Shown here piece by piece: positions 32,948 through 35,963 of a stretch of 35,963 nt of DNA. Source of the DNA: a virus (lineage: Duplodnaviria; Caudoviricetes). Location of the stretch: the IMG/VR virus record IMGVR_UViG_3300037183_000064, positions 1-35,963 of that record, one strand, 5' to 3'. The translations under genes and the position numbers were made by a program. How positions within the stretch are numbered: position 1 is the first letter of the stretch; each line of letters begins with the position of its first letter. The notes under the pieces were generated by a model, which was not told the origin of the DNA, did not search any database, and was given only the letters and a program-made list of their open reading frames with translations.

Positions 32948-33309
32948 AACGGCACCACCTGCGACGCGACGTTGCGAGCCTCGAACTGGCCGCGATGCAC
33001 GGCGATCTGATGGTCGTTCCAGCGCCGATACTCGAACATCTTCCATCCCTTGAAGTGGCCGGAGAAGCCGTCGTGCTCGGCGTGGCACCCGGGGACCATG
33101 CCCTCGGCCGCCACCACGCCGTCCCAGTGTGGACCGCACAGCGGGATTACCTCCGCGTCGCTCCCGTGCTTCATGCCGGTCCCGCCCTGGCCGGCGTGGG
33201 CTGCCTGAATCGCCTGCCGCGTGCCGCAGACCGCGCAGGGCTGCGTATGGACCCAGGACAGGTACTCGGCGTGCTCGACGTTTCGCTCCTGGTGCTTGGT
33301 GCGCTTCAT
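32944..33309 (-). CDS. DUF968-like HNH-type zinc-binding nuclease
   Basis: YLSWVHTQPCAVCG...AAH...GGTGMK..SD...IPLC...CHAEH. Confidence 0.8.
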   Translation of the reverse strand: MKRTKHQERNVEHAEYLSWVHTQPCAVCGTRQAIQAAHAGQGGTGMKHGSDAEVIPLCGPHWDGVVAAEGMVPGCHAEHDGFSGHFKGWKMFEYRRWNDHQIAVHRGQFEARNVASQVVPF

Positions 33310-33677
33310 CGCGCCCCCCCTGCTGCCAGTTTCGCCACGCTCGCCAGAACCGGCCGCCGCGCTTCGAGCAACCGAAGCACCGTCTCGCACGCGCAGCACC
33401 ACTCCGTCGCCTCGGTGAGGGCGTCCACCGCGTTGCCCAGGGCACTCGGGTGCGGTTCCATCGCGAGCACCGCCATCTTCATGGACTCGTTGTGGGCCAC
33501 GCCGAACGCCGCTACGTGCGCGTCCCGCTCGCAGGTGCGCAGGTGCTGCAGGGCCTCGGTGGCCTGCACGACACGCCCGCGCGCCTTGGCCAGCCTGAAC
33601 GCCCAGGTAGCCAACTCCTCGCCCACGTCCTGCTTTGCCTCGGCGTAGAGTTCGACGAGCGTTGAAGGTGCGCTCAT
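33306..33677 (-). CDS. Helical hypothetical protein (MSAPSTLVEL...)
   Basis: ATGA-coupled at both ends. Confidence 0.6.
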   Translation of the reverse strand: MSAPSTLVELYAEAKQDVGEELATWAFRLAKARGRVVQATEALQHLRTCERDAHVAAFGVAHNESMKMAVLAMEPHPSALGNAVDALTEATEWCCACETVLRLLEARRPVLASVAKLAAGGAR

Positions 33678-34117
33678 GTCTCGCCGCCGGCCGCCCCGAA
33701 GCGCTGCATGGCCACCTCTTGAATCGTCGGCAGACACGGACCGCACGGCAGCAGCAAGTTGCAGCGCGAGCAACGGCCCAGGGCGGACAGCTTGCGATCG
33801 AGCGCCGTGAAGCGCGGCACGGGCGCTTCCTCGATGTGCTCTGCCTTCGCCTCGCGCGTCTTGTACTTTAACACCCGTAGGCGAGCCCTCTCCAGATGCG
33901 TGAAGCATCGGGTCTTGCCCACGACCACGGGCCGCAAGCAGTCGGCGCACAGGCCGCGCGCGCGTTTCATCTCCAGGCGCTCCAGTGCGCGGTCACGCCA
34001 GCCGGGCCGCTGTCGGTCGCGATTCAGCTTCGCATGCTCGTCGCAGCGAACCGTGATCGTTGCGGGCTCCTTGCAGTCGACACAGATCCCGTCGCGTAGC
34101 CGGCTCTCTCGGGTCAT
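33674..34117 (-). CDS. Multi-zinc-finger basic protein
   Basis: GICVDC...RCDEH, GLCADC...RCFTH, RCSRC...CGPC. Confidence 0.7.
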   Translation of the reverse strand: MTRESRLRDGICVDCKEPATITVRCDEHAKLNRDRQRPGWRDRALERLEMKRARGLCADCLRPVVVGKTRCFTHLERARLRVLKYKTREAKAEHIEEAPVPRFTALDRKLSALGRCSRCNLLLPCGPCLPTIQEVAMQRFGAAGGET

Positions 34118-35811
34118 GCTGCACCTCCATTGCTCTCGGCCAACACTCTCAACACCACGTCTTGCGGCGGCGCCTTGCGCACGCGCTGACCTTTGACCCA
34201 CGCCGTTGGGCACGCGTAGAGCAGGTCGGCCGCCTGCTGGAACGGCAGGTCGTGCGGCAGGCCGAGCGCGCTCAGTTGTAGCCGCTGCGAGTAGGTGGCC
34301 ATGCCCGCCGCCATCCACTTGTCGGCCTGCTCGCGCATCTTCGAGGCCTCGCCCTTGCTGATGTCCTCGGGCAACTTCTGGCCGCGCAGCCACATCTTCT
34401 GTGCCAGCGATGCGGGCTCGCGCGTCCACGCCGGGGCGTATTCCTTGTACGCGTCGCGGTCCCTGACGCCCGCCGCGTGGAACGGGTCGAACGTGCCCCC
34501 CTCGCTCTTGATCTTGGCCAGCGCGGCCATCTTGGCGAGCCGGTCGTACTCGCCGCGCTTCCACGCCTTCGCCTCTTTGATGGCGTCGGTGACGGTGGTC
34601 TGCGGGTCGTCGCGCAGCTTCTTCTCGGCGCGCGCCCTGACGTCCTTCTCCAGGCTGCGGTCAATGTCGGTAGGCGCGCAGATGACGTGCTTGCCGTGCT
34701 GGCCGGTGATGTCCAGCAGCAGCATGTTGGGCTTGTGGCTGGACGCGATCGCCGCGATCCGCTCCTCCTTCGTCGCCAGTTCGCCGATGCCCGGACCTGG
34801 GCGTATGCCGCGACCGAGCATCTGCATCCAAAGGCCCCAGTCCTCGGTGAGCCGCGCCAGGACGATGGCGTCGCACGTTGGCGCGTCGAAGCCGAAGAGG
34901 TAGATCCCGCAGTTGACCAGCGCGCGCAGCTCGCCGTCGTTGAAGGCCTGCTGGATGCGGCGGCGCTCGCCCGGCGGCGTCTTGGAGTCCACCGATTCGA
35001 TCCAGCCCGGGCGGCGGTCGTTTAGGATCTTCGCCACCGCGTGCGCCGATGCGACCCCGGGCGTGTAGATGATCGGGTGACGGTCCTGGCAGTGCTTCCA
35101 TACCGCGTCGGCGATCGGCGCGGCGGCTTTCAGCACCGCCTCTTCCAGCGCGCCGATCTGCAGATCCTTCTGGCCGCTGGCGTTCTTCGCGCTCTTGATG
35201 CCGCTGATGTCGAGCTCGACCAGCCGTTCGTAGCGCGGCACGATCGGCACCGCGTAGCCCTCGTCGATGCCCCAAAGCACGTCCCGCGAGTAGATGACAT
35301 CGCCGCTGCCAGGCGTGGCGCTGAGCCCGATGACCTTGGCGCGGGCGAAGTGAGAGCGCAGCGCCTGCCCGATGGGAGAGTCCCAATACTGGCACTCGTC
35401 GAAGACCAGCAGCCCGAACGAGTCGGGGCCCATCTTCAGCAGACGGTCGTCCTTCATCGTCTGCAGCGACCCGACCACCACGCGCTCGTCGTCGGCGCGG
35501 CGCTCTGCCTGCTCGTGGCCGATCAGCAAGCCGAGCGATTTCGCCAGCCGGGCTCTGGCGTCCTCGATCAGCACCGTGCGGTTCGCGACCCACAGCGCGC
35601 GGTCGTTGGGGCTGGCGGTGAGCCAGCGGCGAATCAGCGCAATCGCCGTGCGCGTCTTGCCGCTGCCTGTGAACGTCTGGACGATGCCCTGACGCTCGGT
35701 ACTGGCGATTCGCTCCAGGCCCGCGGACACCGCCTCTTCCTGGTAGGGACGGAGGCCATCGACGCCAGGGAACGCGGCTCGGCCATCGAACTGCAGCAGC
35801 GCCTGGGCCAT
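34114..35811 (-). CDS. Superfamily 2 DEAD/DEAH-box helicase
   Basis: LRPYQEEA (Q motif), TGSGKT, VFDECQ, GLSATP, GFDAP, QMLGRGIR. Confidence 0.92.
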   Translation of the reverse strand: MAQALLQFDGRAAFPGVDGLRPYQEEAVSAGLERIASTERQGIVQTFTGSGKTRTAIALIRRWLTASPNDRALWVANRTVLIEDARARLAKSLGLLIGHEQAERRADDERVVVGSLQTMKDDRLLKMGPDSFGLLVFDECQYWDSPIGQALRSHFARAKVIGLSATPGSGDVIYSRDVLWGIDEGYAVPIVPRYERLVELDISGIKSAKNASGQKDLQIGALEEAVLKAAAPIADAVWKHCQDRHPIIYTPGVASAHAVAKILNDRRPGWIESVDSKTPPGERRRIQQAFNDGELRALVNCGIYLFGFDAPTCDAIVLARLTEDWGLWMQMLGRGIRPGPGIGELATKEERIAAIASSHKPNMLLLDITGQHGKHVICAPTDIDRSLEKDVRARAEKKLRDDPQTTVTDAIKEAKAWKRGEYDRLAKMAALAKIKSEGGTFDPFHAAGVRDRDAYKEYAPAWTREPASLAQKMWLRGQKLPEDISKGEASKMREQADKWMAAGMATYSQRLQLSALGLPHDLPFQQAADLLYACPTAWVKGQRVRKAPPQDVVLRVLAESNGGAA

Positions 35812-35963
35812 CACCAGCCCTCGGCCTCGGTGTCCTCGACCGGCTCGAAGGGCACGTCACCGTCGGGCGTCTCCAACACGACGCGCACGTGCGGCGTCTT
35901 CTTGAGCGGCGAGCCGTCGCGCGGCGCGAAAAACTGGCCTGGCGCCTTGAGCTTGATCGGCTG
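35811..35963 (-). CDS. 3' end of the ParB-like gene (continues from 904 through the circular junction)
   Basis: ...TPDGDVPFEPVEDTEAEGW-stop; TGATG overlap with the helicase start. Confidence 0.8.
   Translation of the reverse strand, partial: QPIKLKAPGQFFAPRDGSPLKKTPHVRVVLETPDGDVPFEPVEDTEAEGW
35837..35963. repeat. 127-bp terminal direct repeat (copy 2)
   Basis: Identical to bases 1-127. Confidence 0.95.

Overview
The window is an apparently complete, circularly assembled, GC-rich podovirus-like tailed phage genome of 35,836 bp. Bases 1-127 are repeated exactly at 35837-35963, and a ParB-like gene reads through the junction. Most genes are on the minus strand. The packaging and head genes are small and large terminase, portal, scaffold, major capsid and an endonuclease VII-type HNH gene. 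The tail and lysis genes are adaptor and nozzle proteins, three or four internal (ejection) proteins, tail fibre genes and a lysis cassette with a CHAP endolysin and lipoproteins. The early region has an SF2 helicase, a RecE-like exonuclease, a VRR-NUC nuclease, HTH and RHH regulators and many small Cys-rich proteins. I saw no integrase, ParA, DNA polymerase, primase, tRNA or CRISPR. The most notable signal is non-coding. An orphan ParB-like CTPase/HTH gene carries a perfect palindrome (AGGTGCAAACGTTTGCACCT) inside its own ORF. The palindrome core recurs in two intergenic gaps, each exactly 24 nt upstream of the 10-mer CCGCGACGCC, which sits 15-17 nt before the ATG of five structural genes. 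This suggests a ParB clamp repurposed as a phage late-gene regulator. A related palindrome (TGGCAACGTTGCCA, 3 copies), a symmetric bidirectional leaderless promoter switch and a 10-bp-period repeat array are also present. All protein calls are from motif recognition by eye; no database searches were run.
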